Origin: Octopus sinensis | Taxonomy: Eukaryota | DNA length: 64,000 bases | Reading direction: 5' to 3' | Assembly: GCF_006345805.1 (NCBI RefSeq) | Contig: NC_043007.1 | Span: 5,952,001-6,016,000, forward strand | Shown here: piece by piece, positions 12,701-26,232 of the stretch | Layout: each line of letters opens with the position of its first letter | Numbering within the stretch: position 1 is the stretch's first letter | Notes under the pieces: generated by a model | Databases searched by the model: none | Seen by the model: only the letters and a program-made list of their open reading frames with translations | Told to the model about the DNA's origin: nothing | Made by a program: the position numbers and the translations under genes

Positions 12701-13535
12701 CAACGAAAAGAGCGCACGAGCAATTGGCTGATAGGTGGGAGGAGAAACCTCTGCACGGCAAATATGTGACCCGCAGCAAACAAGCTGATGTTGACCAGAA
12801 GCAAACCCATCAGTGGCTACGGAGCTCAGGGCTAAAAGCAGAGAGCGAAGGTTTCATCCTGGCTGCTCAAGATCAAAGCCTATTAACCCGGAACTACCAG
12901 GCCAATGTGATGAAAAATGGAGCACACCCAAAATGCCGATTCTGCAACGACATGATTGAAACAGTGGACCACCTAATCTCTGGATGTAAAGTCTTAGCAC
13001 CAGTGGAGTATAAATTAAGACATGACAGAGTTGGCCAATATCTCCACTGGCTAATAAGTCGGCATTACAATATCAAAACTGCCGACAAGTGGTATAATCA
13101 CCACCCTGAGGCTGTAACTGAAGGAGAAAATGTAACCATTCTGTGGGACTTTCCAGTACATACAGACCGAACCATCAAGGCCAATAAACCAGATATTGTT
13201 GTGAAAGACCAAAACAATAAAGTTTGCTTATTGATCGACATGAGCATCCCCTGTGATCATAATATCTCAGCGAAAGAGTTTGACAAGCTCAGAAAATATA
13301 AAGACCTACTCATTGAAATTGAGAAAATGTGGCATCTCAAGGCGGTTACAATACCAGTGATCGTAGGAGCACTAGGAATGATCAAGAAGGGAACCGAAAA
13401 TTATATGAGAATGATCCCTGGCTTACCATCCCTGCAAGAAGTGCAAAAGATTGTCTTAACTGGTACATCACACGTATTGAGAAGAGCATTGTCGATGTGA
13501 GAACTGTTGCTGCTCATGTATTTTAATTTAACTTT
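9758..13535 (+). mobile_element. Dong/R4 family B, full-length or nearly so, single ORF broken by 2 frameshifts and 2 stops
   Basis: N-terminal KRNKWTREEYKEV motif; RT (WKSPGKD, NYRPITCL, WIDYKKAFDS, FQGDSLSP, YMDD); CCHC; KPDIVV..D..K RLE; ORF pieces 9955-13500; (AAT)n on both sides. Confidence 0.95.
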
Positions 13536-13705
<170 letters not shown>

Positions 13706-14028
13706 GGGGCTGATAGCTACCTAACTCAGATACCAGGAAACCCCAAAATGGCAGAAGTTCAAAAGATAGTGCTCATGGGAACTGCTCATATCCTATGCAA
13801 AATACTCTCTATGTAATCTCAAGGTTTAAAACAAACATAATTTTCGGTTTAAAAAAAAAAAAAAAATTTTTTTTTTTTAGACATTCATTAGTACAACATC
13901 CCCACCCCCCAAATATATGGCACACTAGGCATAACAACAACATGAACTTCCAACCCTGTTGTCTCTTGAGGTCTCTGGGTGAGACTTGGAGCCAACTTGT
14001 ACAAATATAAAGCAAAAGTCAAACATAG
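13706..14028 (+). mobile_element. Dong/R4 family C, short 3'-end copy
   Basis: Encodes ..YLTQIPGNPKMAEVQKIVLMGTAHILCKILSM* then ~215-bp 3' UTR and (AAT)n; matches the 3' end of 60922-62326. Confidence 0.85.
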
Positions 14029-14946
14029 AATAATAATAATAATAATGATAATAATGATAATAATAATAATAATATACATTAAGTATGATTTAGAAAACTG
14101 CAGTAGGCTCTGTATCTGTAACCATAATAGTAATTAACAAATCATTTAATTAATTTGGGGATTTGTACTTATGTTTTCGCATAGGTCCTTTAGGCTGAAT
14201 GTACTTAGGAATGTTTAGACAATTACTGTCCAGTAAGATCACCGCTTGGGTCCTCTGGTAGCTATTTCAGAAGGTAGACTTGGTATTATAATTATATAAT
14301 TGAAAGTCAATGCCCTATCTATTACCTCCCTTTAACCTCCCTTTAACCGTAGTTCCTTCCTTCGCACGGAGCTTGTTTACATATTTGATTGTTTGATAAT
14401 GTCGTTAGCGGTCTTGTGTCACTCATAACAGATGCTATTTCTCCATACTTTTACTTCATATTTTCTTCTTTACTTACATCTACCCCAATAACGCCCCTTT
14501 GTTTTTAACTTTAACTGACCAATTATATTGATGGCTGGATTTTGGTCACTCCCATTACAGACAACAGGTGGTTGGTCTTTACAATATAACAGTAAGTATA
14601 TTAATGTAATTAACTTATGGGCATGTTATTTGGATAAATATTAAGTACCACTATTTACGAAACATTATAGAACTATCACTCCTTCTTCTTCTAGACATAT
14701 TGGCATATCCCGATATACTAAAGTAATTATTTTACTTTTTATGATTTATAAACCCTGTTATCCCTAAACAATGATTAACGCACCAATTAATTTTCTAGTC
14801 CAGCCATTTACTCAATGGCCTGAATCATTTACACTGCAAAAGAGTTTGATTCAAAATGGAATGATTCAAACATATTAGGCCTTCATTCCTCCTCTCGGAA
14901 CTCTTTTTCTTTTCTTTTCTTTTATTTTATTTTATGTATTTTTCTT

Positions 14947-15065
14947 CACTCTGATGAAGCTCCATGTTCCAAATCGGATGTACTTTAAATATGATGAATA
15001 TTATTCTCACAGTTTCTTTTTTGGCAGCGCTGTGGAACATTGGAAGCAGAAACGGCTGTTAGATG
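14947..15065 (+). ncRNA. Hammerhead-like motif with extended helix II, degenerate helix I
   Basis: CUGAUGA-a-GCUCCAUGUUCCA...UGGAACAUUGGAAGC-a-GAAAC-GGCU-GUU. Confidence 0.45.
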
Positions 15066-15134
15066 GGATAAAGTTTTTGTATTAAAAAATAATAATCGAT
15101 GGTAGTCAGTTGTTGTTGATCAAGATTTCTCTAT

Positions 15135-16098
15135 TTTCTGCTTAATTCAAATTTGGGGAAATGACCAGTGAGTGGTCAGCTCGAAAATGGTTTAAACGAT
15201 TTCACAGTGGAGAGATCTGAGCCTTGAAGATCTTGAGCGTAGTGGACGTCCATCTGTCACCGATAATGGTCAATTAAAGACCGTCATTGAGGAAAATCTA
15301 TGTAAAAACCACTCGAGTACTGGCCAAAGAACTTCAAGTTAGCCAGAAAAATTACTGCTACCATTTGCATACTTTCGAATAATCAAAATATCTCGACAGA
15401 TGGGAACCACAGAAAATGAGCAAATGTGAAATTTGCTCGTCGCTTCTTCTCCGCAGCCAAACCGATCCATTTCCCGACCGTGTTATAACTTGCGGGGAAA
15501 AGTGGATTCTGTACAATAATAAAAAGTACGTTCTTCGCAGTGGTTGGACCAAAATGAAGCACCGAAAACCTTCCCTAAACCCGAGTTCTTCAAAATGAAG
15601 GTTATGGTGACTGTTTGGTGGTGTACTGCTGGACTCATCCAGTGTAACTTCAAAAATCCTGAATAAATCATTACGGCAGAAACATATTGTCAAGAAATTG
15701 CCAAAATTAACGAAAAGCTGTCACTCATCCATCCCAGACTGGTCAACAGAAGAGGGCCAATCATTCTTCATGTCAATGCTCAACCACACGTTTCACTAAT
15801 GACGCTCCAGAAGTTGAGGGAACTTTGCGACGAAGTTCTTTCCCAACTAGCTTATTCCTTGATGGTTTCCTGCAAGAGAAGGAGTTCAAAAATCAAACCG
15901 ATGCTGAAAGTGCATTCAAAGAGTTCATTAGCTCGAGGCTCCAGATTTTTGCTGTCGAAATACACAAATTTATAACTCGTTGGCAAAAATGTGTTGATTG
16001 TAATGGTACGTACTTTGATGAATAAAATTTCCGCATTGTTGAAATATATTGTGATGAATTTCATATTTCAAAACGTTGCTTACTTTTACTCTGATATA
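15135..16098 (+). mobile_element. Mariner-like transposon relic (DD34D type)
   Basis: [57 protein letters not shown]; 3' TIR-like end. Confidence 0.85.
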
Positions 16099-16099
16099 T

Positions 16100-16201
16100 A
16101 TGGACACACACACACATACACACATACACACATAGACACGCATATATATAGATATATATACATTTACATATATGTACATATATGTGTGTATGTATATGTG
16201 C

Positions 16202-16262
<61 letters not shown>

Positions 16263-16344
16263 TATGTATGTATATGTATGTATGTATATATATATAATTG
16301 CATATACCTATACATATTTATATATATATACATGTATATAAATG

Positions 16345-16395
<51 letters not shown>

Positions 16396-16502
16396 ATATA
16401 TATGTACGTACAAAATATGACAAAGATGTTATAAATAAGAAGTAGAAAGCTCTATTACTGTAAAAGCACATAATTATATAGGTATACACATAAGCATATA
16501 TG

Positions 16503-16574
<72 letters not shown>

Positions 16575-16588
16575 CACACATACATACA

Positions 16589-16621
<33 letters not shown>

Positions 16622-16700
16622 TTGTGTATATATATATATACATACATATACACATACATACATGCATGCATGCATACATGCATACATACATGCATGGATA
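16100..16700. repeat. (CA)n/(TA)n/(TATG)n/(TACA)n microsatellite cluster
   Basis: Direct reading. Confidence 0.9.
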
Positions 16701-17061
16701 CACACTGCTGGCTGTATATGTTTGTCTCCCACTTCAAATTTATTGGATTTCTTAACTGCATTTCCTCCCTTTCATAACAAAAACTTGCTTTCATCACCAC
16801 AGTATCAACATTATACAATCTTTACTTTTATTCATCTCGCAAAAATCTCTTCGTAATACATTTTCCTCTCAAGCAGTTCAATGTCTGCTTTCCTTTGTTT
16901 GTTTTTTTTTCTAAGACTTTTGTATTTTATCACCATTTGTAATTACCATCCACATTTTATCACGCGCATCTTGCAAAACCGCATCAGCTTAAATTCAATA
17001 TTTACTAAACTTTTTCAAACAAACAATTCGTTTGAATTTTTTCTTCGTAGTGTGTTTCCAT

Positions 17062-17161
<100 letters not shown>

Positions 17162-17219
17162 TTGATGAGATTGGATATTTCTTGAAACAATGAAATTTTT
17201 ATGTCGACGACGAAGACAT

Positions 17220-17380
17220 CGGCGGCGGGGATGATTCTTTCTCCTGTCGGCACAAGGCCTGAAATAATAGGCAGGTGGACTTGCAGATTATATGGACCTT
17301 AGCGGTCAACTGATATTTTTTTTATCGACCTCAAAAGAATGAAAGGCAAAATCGACCTTACCAGAATTTGAACACAGGCC
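17220..17380 (-). mobile_element. SINE fragment
   Basis: ATCGACCTC..AATGAAAGGCAAAATCGACCT..GAATTTGAAC matches the SINE at 54775-55015. Confidence 0.55.
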
Positions 17381-17439
17381 ACGTCATTCCAGACGAAATG
17401 TCACTAAGCATGTTGTCCAGCCTGCTTTTGGTTTTGTTA

Positions 17440-17440
17440 G

Positions 17441-17476
<36 letters not shown>

Positions 17477-17485
17477 TAATACTAC

Positions 17486-17524
<39 letters not shown>

Positions 17525-17662
17525 TAATAATAATAATAATAAGAAGAAGAAGAAGAATACACATAAAAACAATAATATAAGTGATATCAGTGATGATGAT
17601 GATGATCACAACAACAACAACAACAACAATAATGATAATAATAATAATAATAATAAAAATAT

Positions 17663-17695
<33 letters not shown>

Positions 17696-17720
17696 AAATA
17701 TTAATAATAATAATAATAAT
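17440..17720. repeat. (CTA)n/(AAT)n/(AAG)n/(GAT)n/(CAA)n compound microsatellite
   Basis: Direct reading. Confidence 0.9.
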
Positions 17721-19974
17721 AGCCAGAGACAATGCCTGAATGGCTCACGAAGGGGAAAACCATCTTAATTCCCAAATCAAATGAAACAGAAAAACCAGAA
17801 AACTACAGACCAATAACCTGCCTCCCTACTATGTTCAAGGCATTTACTGCAGTGATATCGCAAAGGCTGAACAAGCACCTGGACGAAAACAAACTGTTCC
17901 CAGAAGAGCAGAAAGGATGCCGCAAGGGCTCATATGGCTGTAAAGATCAACTAATGATTAATAAAGCCATAACTGAAGACAGCCACAGAAAGAAGAAAGG
18001 CCTCAGTATGGCCTGGATAGACTACAAAAAGGCGTTTGATAGCATCCCCCACACATGGATCCTCGAAACACTAGCCATTAACAAAGTAGCACCAACAATC
18101 ATAAAATTCATAGAGCACTCTATGATAAATGGCAAACAGTCCTACACACACCTCCAAACAAAAGAGGGACTCATGAAAACCAAAGACATCCCCATTAGAA
18201 GAGGAATATTCCAGGGAGACACGCTCTCTCCACTCCTTTTCTGCTTGGCACTGTCACCTCTATCTGATATGCTAAATAGAACTTGATGCGGATATAAATG
18301 TTACGGCAAAACGATCAGCCACCTTTTATATATGGATGACCTAAAACTATACGCTGCAAATGACAAACAGCTGGAAACACTATTAAAGACAGTCATGGAT
18401 TTACCAAAGAATATATATGAAATTTGGATTAGAAAAAATGCGCCAAAGTAACCATGAAAGAGGAAAACTAGTTAAGAGTAACAACATCACACTAGATAAA
18501 ACCAATGAAATAAAAGAATTAGACCAAAGCCCAACTTACAAATACTTAGGAATCCATGAACTAGATAAGACACAACACACACAAATGAAAGAGAAAATAA
18601 AAAAGAATATTATAGACGAGTTAGATCAATACTAAAAACAGAGCTCAATGCTAAAACAAGATAATAGGTATCAACACTTTAGCTGTCCCAGTTATACGTT
18701 ACAGCTACAATATCCTTAACTGGACACGAAAATGAACTGTCCAAAATAGATAGGAAAACAAGAAAAATACTGACAGGATCTAGGATGCATCACCTAAAAT
18801 CTGACATAGAAAGACTATATATACAACGTATAGAAGGTGGGTAGAGGCCTTATACAGCTGGAAAACTACTATAAAATAACCACCATAGGACTGCAAAATA
18901 CCTACTTCAGAAGGAAGGAAAACTGATCCAGATAGCAGCAAAACACGAGCAAAACAAAAAAACTGTTCTCAGTATTTAAGGAAGCTGACAAATACAAACA
19001 AGAAATCATACCACCTAATAAACACAAAGAAGAAGAAGAAGATGAAGAAACAACAAAAGCTATAAACAAATGAAATCCAAACTAAAAATATAACAGCAAC
19101 GAGCCATGATAAAACGATGGCAAGAAAAGCCCCTTCATGGTAAATACTGCACTAAACTAAACGCAAAAAATAGACAAAGAAAAATCCCAGCAATGGTTGA
19201 GAAGCTCAGGACTCAAAGCAAGAAACAGAGGGATTTTTAATTGCAGCACAAGACCAAAGCCTCCCCACCAGAAATTACCAAAAAATGTAATGAAAAGAAA
19301 TATTACAAGTAACTGCAGAATAGTGGAGATGGACAAGAAACAATAAATCATATTATCTCTAGCTGCCCAGTCCTGGCTAAGAAGGAATATATTCACAGAC
19401 ATGACGAGTTGGACCTACATACATTGGAAGCTATGCCAACATTATGGAATAACAACAGAAAAAAGATGGTATAGGCAAACACCAGAAAAGGTCACAGAAA
19501 ACGAGAAAAGCACCATACTCTGGGATATGCCGATACACACAGATAGAGAAATTAAGGCCAACAGACCAGATATAGTTGTCAGAGATCATGAAGAAAAAAA
19601 ATGCTTTCTACTTGATGTATCAATACCGGCAGATGACAACGTGTCTCTAAAAGAAATGGAGAAACTCTCAAAATACAAAGACCTGGAAATAGAGATAACT
19701 AGAATGTGGAATCTGAAAACAGAAACATTCCTATCATAGTAGGTGCATTAGGCATGATAAAAAATATTCAGACAATACATAACAAAAAACACCAGGACTT
19801 ACAAACACATATAACATACAGAAAATTGCACTTACTAAGCACTGCACACATCTACGCAGAACATTTCCATAAAATAAACATCAGAGCATCACAACGAATC
19901 ACAGCACATACCCAAGGCACACAGAGCTGCGCTCGGTAGTGAACTGAAAGCACGCTATAAAAATAAAACTACTG
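17721..19974 (+). mobile_element. Dong/R4 family A, 5'-truncated
   Basis: Near-identical to 7194-9021 plus more RT (ORF 17732-18286); same 3' end; many 1-bp indels. Confidence 0.95.
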
Positions 19975-20018
19975 AATAATAATAATATTAATAATATTAA
20001 TAATAATAATAATAATAT

Positions 20019-20050
<32 letters not shown>

Positions 20051-20121
20051 TAAAATAAATTAATAATAATAATATAATGATAATTATATATTAATAATAA
20101 TAATAATAATAGTAAAATAAT

Positions 20122-20179
<58 letters not shown>

Positions 20180-20426
20180 ATAATAATAATAATAATAATA
20201 ATGATAATAATATTAATAATAATAATAATAATAACATACTAATAATATAATAATAATAATATTAATTAATAATAATAATAATACTATAATGTTTTAATAA
20301 TAATTATTAATAATATAATAATAATAATAATAATAATAATATAATAATAATAATAATACTAATAATAAAATATAAGATAATAAAAAAAAATAATAATATT
20401 AATAATAATAATAATAATAATAATAA
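19975..20426. repeat. Degenerate (AAT)n tract
   Basis: Direct reading. Confidence 0.9.
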
Positions 20427-23400
20427 TGTAAGAACCGGGGACATTTAAGATGTAAGAGACCGGGGACGTTTAAGATGTAAGAAGGAAAATTCAGATCTCC
20501 GAAATTCTATCCACAAACATCGAAACAAGACATCCTATGGAGCCAAGTTTTACTAACAAAGAATTGGACTGTATCCGAGTAAGTAATACTAATTGAAATT
20601 TATTACTATTTTCGAAACGAAATGATGTATTTTGACTCGATATCATCTCCGCCTCTAACGCAACACATGTAAACATGCGTAAGTAATACTAATTGAAATT
20701 TATTACTATTTTCGAAACGAAATGATGTATTTTGACTCGATATCATATCCGCCTCTAACGCAAACATGTAACCATGCGTGGAACATCACGATCATCTCCG
20801 ACCCCAAACACCATACAAGGAACTACGAAGAAATTAAATGCCACCGATACTATTCAACCCAAGAATAAACAATCGAGCGGTACGTACATTAAACTTACAA
20901 CAAAAAATGTACGAAAATTACACGTGCGAAATAATGTGACAACAGAAATAAACGGACCGGTACCCTACGAAAATGACGACCGTCAAAATAATGGGCCGGA
21001 CGTTGTACCTCATGTCCCGCAAATAAATAAAACCAAAAGAACGTAAATGGACACGTGAGGAATACATTTCTATCTTACACGCATACTTCACAGCAGTACT
21101 CTACCCGAAAAATGAAAATAAAATACAACAACACTACATATAAAATATGGAAGGAAAATAATAGAGATATAGACTTGGATACAGCAATGAACCCTAATAA
21201 ATTAGCTAACGTACGAAGATACATTCTCAACACAAAAAAATATCAGAAATAGAAATAGAACACCTAAAAGAAAATATACACGAGGAAAATGTAGATAGAA
21301 GCCACACAACAATGCCCAATAATATAAACACGAAACTGGAAACACGAAGACAAACGCAAAATTCCCAACAAACACGATGTAAACAACGAAGGGAGCCTAA
21401 TGATTATGATAATATAAAAATTAAAATAATCAAAGAACTGAAAACACAGAGCTCAAAATTGACCACCGACCATACCTCCCAAGAATCAAAATAAACAAAA
21501 TAACAACATCTATTATAAACAGCATAAACCTAGCCGTCACTGAACTAGCCACTGAAACAAAAAAAAAGTGATATCACTGAAGTAAAAATGACTTGATATA
21601 CGCAGCAGCCACTGCAGACAAAAGAAGAGGATACTCACCCAACCCGCCCAAACAGGAGTACCACCACCCAAACAAAACCTGTGGATAAATAACATCCAAG
21701 CAAAATAAAAAAATTAGAAAAGACCTGTCGATTCTTAATGAAATCAGCAAACATCAACGCTACTGAGCAACAAAAAGAGAACAAAAATACTCCGCAAATA
21801 TAACATCACAGAGAAAGATTTGCCTGAAATAAAAGAAAAGCTGAAGAAAGATGTCCTTGCCAAAGCACAAAGGATCCGCCGGTACGAGAAACGCCAACGC
21901 TTCTTTGAACAGAACAAAAAGTTCAACTCTAACCCCAAAAAGTTCTACCAAGAACTGGGAAAAACTAAAAAAGAAGTCACTGCAGCACCAACGGCAGAAG
22001 AATTGGAAGAATTCTGGGGAGAAATATGGTCGGCGAACGAACCACGAAGAAAAAGGAGTATCAGAATAACAAACTCGGCATCTGAACAACTTTGGACCCC
22101 CATAACAACTGAAGAGGTCACCCAGGCACTGCAAAAAACTAAGCAACTGGAAGGCACCTGGACATGACAAGATCCCCAACTTCTGGTTGAAAATATCTAC
22201 CAGGAATGCACAAAAAGCTGGCTGAAAAACTTAACAAAGTACTAGCAGAGCCAGAGACAATGCCTGAATGGCTCACGAAGGGGAAAACCATCTTAATTCC
22301 CAAATCAAATGAAACAACAAAACCAGAAAACTACAGACCAATAACCTGCCTCCCTACTATGTTCAAGGCATTTACTGCAGTGATATCACAAAGGCTGAAC
22401 AAGCACCTGGACGAAAACAAACTGTTCCCAGAAGAGCAGAAAGGATGCCGCAAAGGCTCATATGGCTGTAAAGATCAACTAATGATTAATAAAGCCATAA
22501 CTGAAGACAGCCACAGAAAGAAGAAAGGCCTCAGTATGGCCTGGATTGACTACAAAAAGGCGTTTGATAGCATCCCCCCACACATGGATGCTCGAAACAC
22601 TAGCCATTAACAAAGTAGCACCAACAATCATAAAATTCATAGAGCACTCTATGAATAAATGGCAAACAGTCCTACCACCTCCAAACAAAAGAGGGACTCA
22701 TGAAAATCAAAGACATCCCCATTTAGAAGAGGAATATTCCAGGGAGACACGCTCTCCACTCCTTTTCTGCTTGGCACTGTCACCTCTATCTGATATGCTA
22801 AATAGAACTTGATGCGGATATAAATGTTACGGCAAAACGATCAGCCACCTTTTATATATGGATGACCTAAAACTATACGCTGCAAATGACAAACAGCTGG
22901 AAAACACTATTAAAGTCAGTTCATGGATTTACCAAAGAATAGATATGAAATTTGGATTAGAAAAATGCGCCAAAGTAACCATGAAAAGAGGAAAACTAGT
23001 TAAGAGTAACAACATCACACTAGATAAAACCAATGAATAAAAGAATTAGACCAAAGCCAAACTTACAAATACTTAGGAATCCATGAACTAGATAAGACAC
23101 AACACACACAAATGAAAGAGAAAATTAAAAAAGAATATTATAGACGAGTTAGATCAATACTAAAAACAGAGCTCAATGATAAAAACAAGATAATAGGTAT
23201 CAACACTTTAGCTGTCCCAGTTATAAGTTACAGCTACAATATCCTTAACTGGACACGAAATGAACTGTCCAATAGATAGGAAAACAAGAAAAATAATGAG
23301 GATCTAGGATGCATCACCCAAAATCTGACATAGAAAGACTATATATACAACGTATAGAAGGTGGTAGAGGCCTTATACAGCTGGAACACTACTATAAAAT

Positions 23401-24518
23401 AACCACCATAGGATTGCAAAAATATCTACTTCAGAAGGAAGGAAAACTGATCCAGATAGCGGCAAAACACGAGCAAAACAAAAAACTGTTCTCAGTATTT
23501 AAGGAAGCTGACAAATACAAACAAGAAATCATACCACCTAATAAACATGAAGAAGAAGAAGAAGATAATGAAGAAACAACAAAAGCTATAAAACAAATGA
23601 AATCCAAACTAAAAATATAACAGCAACGAGCCATGATAAAACGATGGCAAGAAAAGCCCCTTCATGGTAAATACTGCACTAAACTAAACGCAAAAGAAAT
23701 AGACAAAGAAAAATCCCAGCAATGGTTGAGAAGCTCAGGACTCAAAGCAGAAACAGAGGGATTTTTAATTGCAGCACAAGACCAAAGCCTCCCCACCAGA
23801 AATTACCAAAAACATGTAATGAAAAGAAATATTACAAGTAACTGCAGAATATGTGGAGATGGACAAGAAACAATAAATCATATTATCTCTAGCTGCCCAG
23901 AAGGAATATATTCTGGCTAAGAAGGAATATATTCAGAGACATGAAAGTGTTGGAACCTACATACATTGGAAGCTATGCCAACATTATGGAATAACAACAG
24001 AAAAAAGATGGTATAGGCACACACCAGAAAAGGTCACAGAAAACGAGAAAGCAACCATACTCTGGGATATGCCGATACACACAGATAGAGAAATTAAGGC
24101 CAACAGACCAGATATAGTTGTCAGAGATCAGGAAGAAAAAAAATGCTTTCTAATTGATATATCAATACCGGCAGATGACAACGTGTCTCTAAAATAAAAG
24201 AAGGAGAAACTCTCAAAATACAAAGACCTGAAATAGAGGTAACTAGAATGTGAATCTGAAAACAGAAACAATTCCTATCATAGTAGGTGCATTAGGCAGA
24301 TAAAAAAATATTCAGACAAATACATAACAAAAAACACCAGGACTTACAAAACATATAAAACATACAGAAAATTGCACTACTAGGCACTGCACACAACCTA
24401 CGCAGAACACTTTCCATATAATAACCATCAGAGCATCACAACAAATCACAGCACATACCCAAGGCACACAGAGCTGCGCTCGGTAGTGAAGTGAAAGCAC
24501 GCTATAAAAATAAAACTA

Positions 24519-24521
<3 letters not shown>
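20427..24521 (+). mobile_element. Dong/R4 family A, apparently full-length (~4.1 kb), fragmented by indels
   Basis: 5' UTR; N-terminal KRT(R)KWTREEY and NPNKLANVRRYIL motifs as in family B; RT, CCHC and RLE; family A 3' end plus (AAT)n. Confidence 0.92.
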
Positions 24522-24576
<55 letters not shown>

Positions 24577-24623
24577 TTAATAATAATAATAATATTAATA
24601 ATAATAATAATAATAATAATTAT

Positions 24624-24681
<58 letters not shown>

Positions 24682-24711
24682 TTAATAATAATAATATTAA
24701 TAATAATAATA

Positions 24712-24755
<44 letters not shown>

Positions 24756-24897
24756 TAATAATAATAAGAATAATAATATAATATTAATAATAATTATAAT
24801 AATAATATTAATAATAATATTAATAATAATATATTATAATAATAATATTAATAATAATATTAATAATAATAATAATAATAATATTAATAATAATAAT

Positions 24898-24988
<91 letters not shown>

Positions 24989-25025
24989 TATAATATAATA
25001 ATAATATAATATTAATAATAATGAT
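24522..25025. repeat. (AAT)n tract ~500 bp
   Basis: Direct reading. Confidence 0.95.
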
Positions 25026-25475
25026 AATCAGAAAATACCTGCAGACTAATAGAAGTAAGCGTCCCCACTGATATAAATGTAAAATGTTATCTGTCAAGGA
25101 ATTTGACAAACTTAGTAACTATAAGGACCTGGAAATCGAAATACAGAGGGATGTGGAATCTTAAAACAAAAACTGTTCCTGTTATTGTAGGTGCCCTAGG
25201 TATGATAAAAAAGGGATGTCAGAAACAACTAGACAATATCCCTGGAAAACCATGTCTCAAGGAAATCCAAAAGAGTGTGCTAACAAGTACTGCCCACATC
25301 CTTAGAAAAACCCTATCAATGTAAATGTTTGTGTTTGTATTACATGAGATATATCTCTACTTCCCCTCCCCAAGCTTTCAGCTATATTTCAGCAACTCTT
25401 AACCTTCACTTGCCTAGGGCGCTGGGTGTGCCCCGGCAGGTGATGCTCAAACACGCAGATTAAAAAGTAAATGAC
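25026..25475 (+). mobile_element. Dong/R4 family E, short 3'-end copy
   Basis: KEFDKLSNYKDLEIE, MWNLKTKTVPVIVGALGMIKKG..TAHILRKTLSM*; distinct 3' UTR then (AAT)n. Confidence 0.85.
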
Positions 25476-25512
25476 AATGATAATAATAATAATATTAATA
25501 ATAATATTAATG

Positions 25513-25545
<33 letters not shown>

Positions 25546-25645
25546 TAATAATAATATTAATAATAATAATAATAATAATATTATAATAATATTAATAATA
25601 ATATAATAATATAATGAATAATTTAATAATAATAATAATAATAAT

Positions 25646-25676
<31 letters not shown>

Positions 25677-25923
25677 TAATAATATAATAATAATATTATA
25701 ATATAATAAAATAATATTAAAAATATAAAAAAAATAATAAAAATAAAAAATAATAAATAATAATAATAATATTATAATAATAATAATAATATAATAATAA
25801 TAATATTAATAATAATAATTTAATATAATATATAATAATAATAATAATAATAACAATAATAATATAATAATAATAATAATAATAATATAATAATATTAAT
25901 AATAATAATAATAATAATAATAA
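25476..25923. repeat. Degenerate (AAT)n tract
   Basis: Direct reading. Confidence 0.9.
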
Positions 25924-26076
25924 TCTCTGTAAATGATGTAAGATCAAGAAAAGGCAGGAAGATTGTGAGAAAAATATGGACATTCAACAAGAGAAGAACT
26001 AATGTCAGCGAAATTAGGGTGCGCAAGGGTGGGTGTGTGCATGTAAGGGTGTGTGTGCGTGTGAATGAGGGCGATG

Positions 26077-26108
<32 letters not shown>

Positions 26109-26232
26109 CTATATATATATATAATAATTATTACAATAATAATATAGGTTGAAATTAATTAATTTGGAATAATCATCAATTTCCACCAAGTAGATTTCGG
26201 CATGTAAAGCCCCATTCAAGGAAGGTTTAAGT

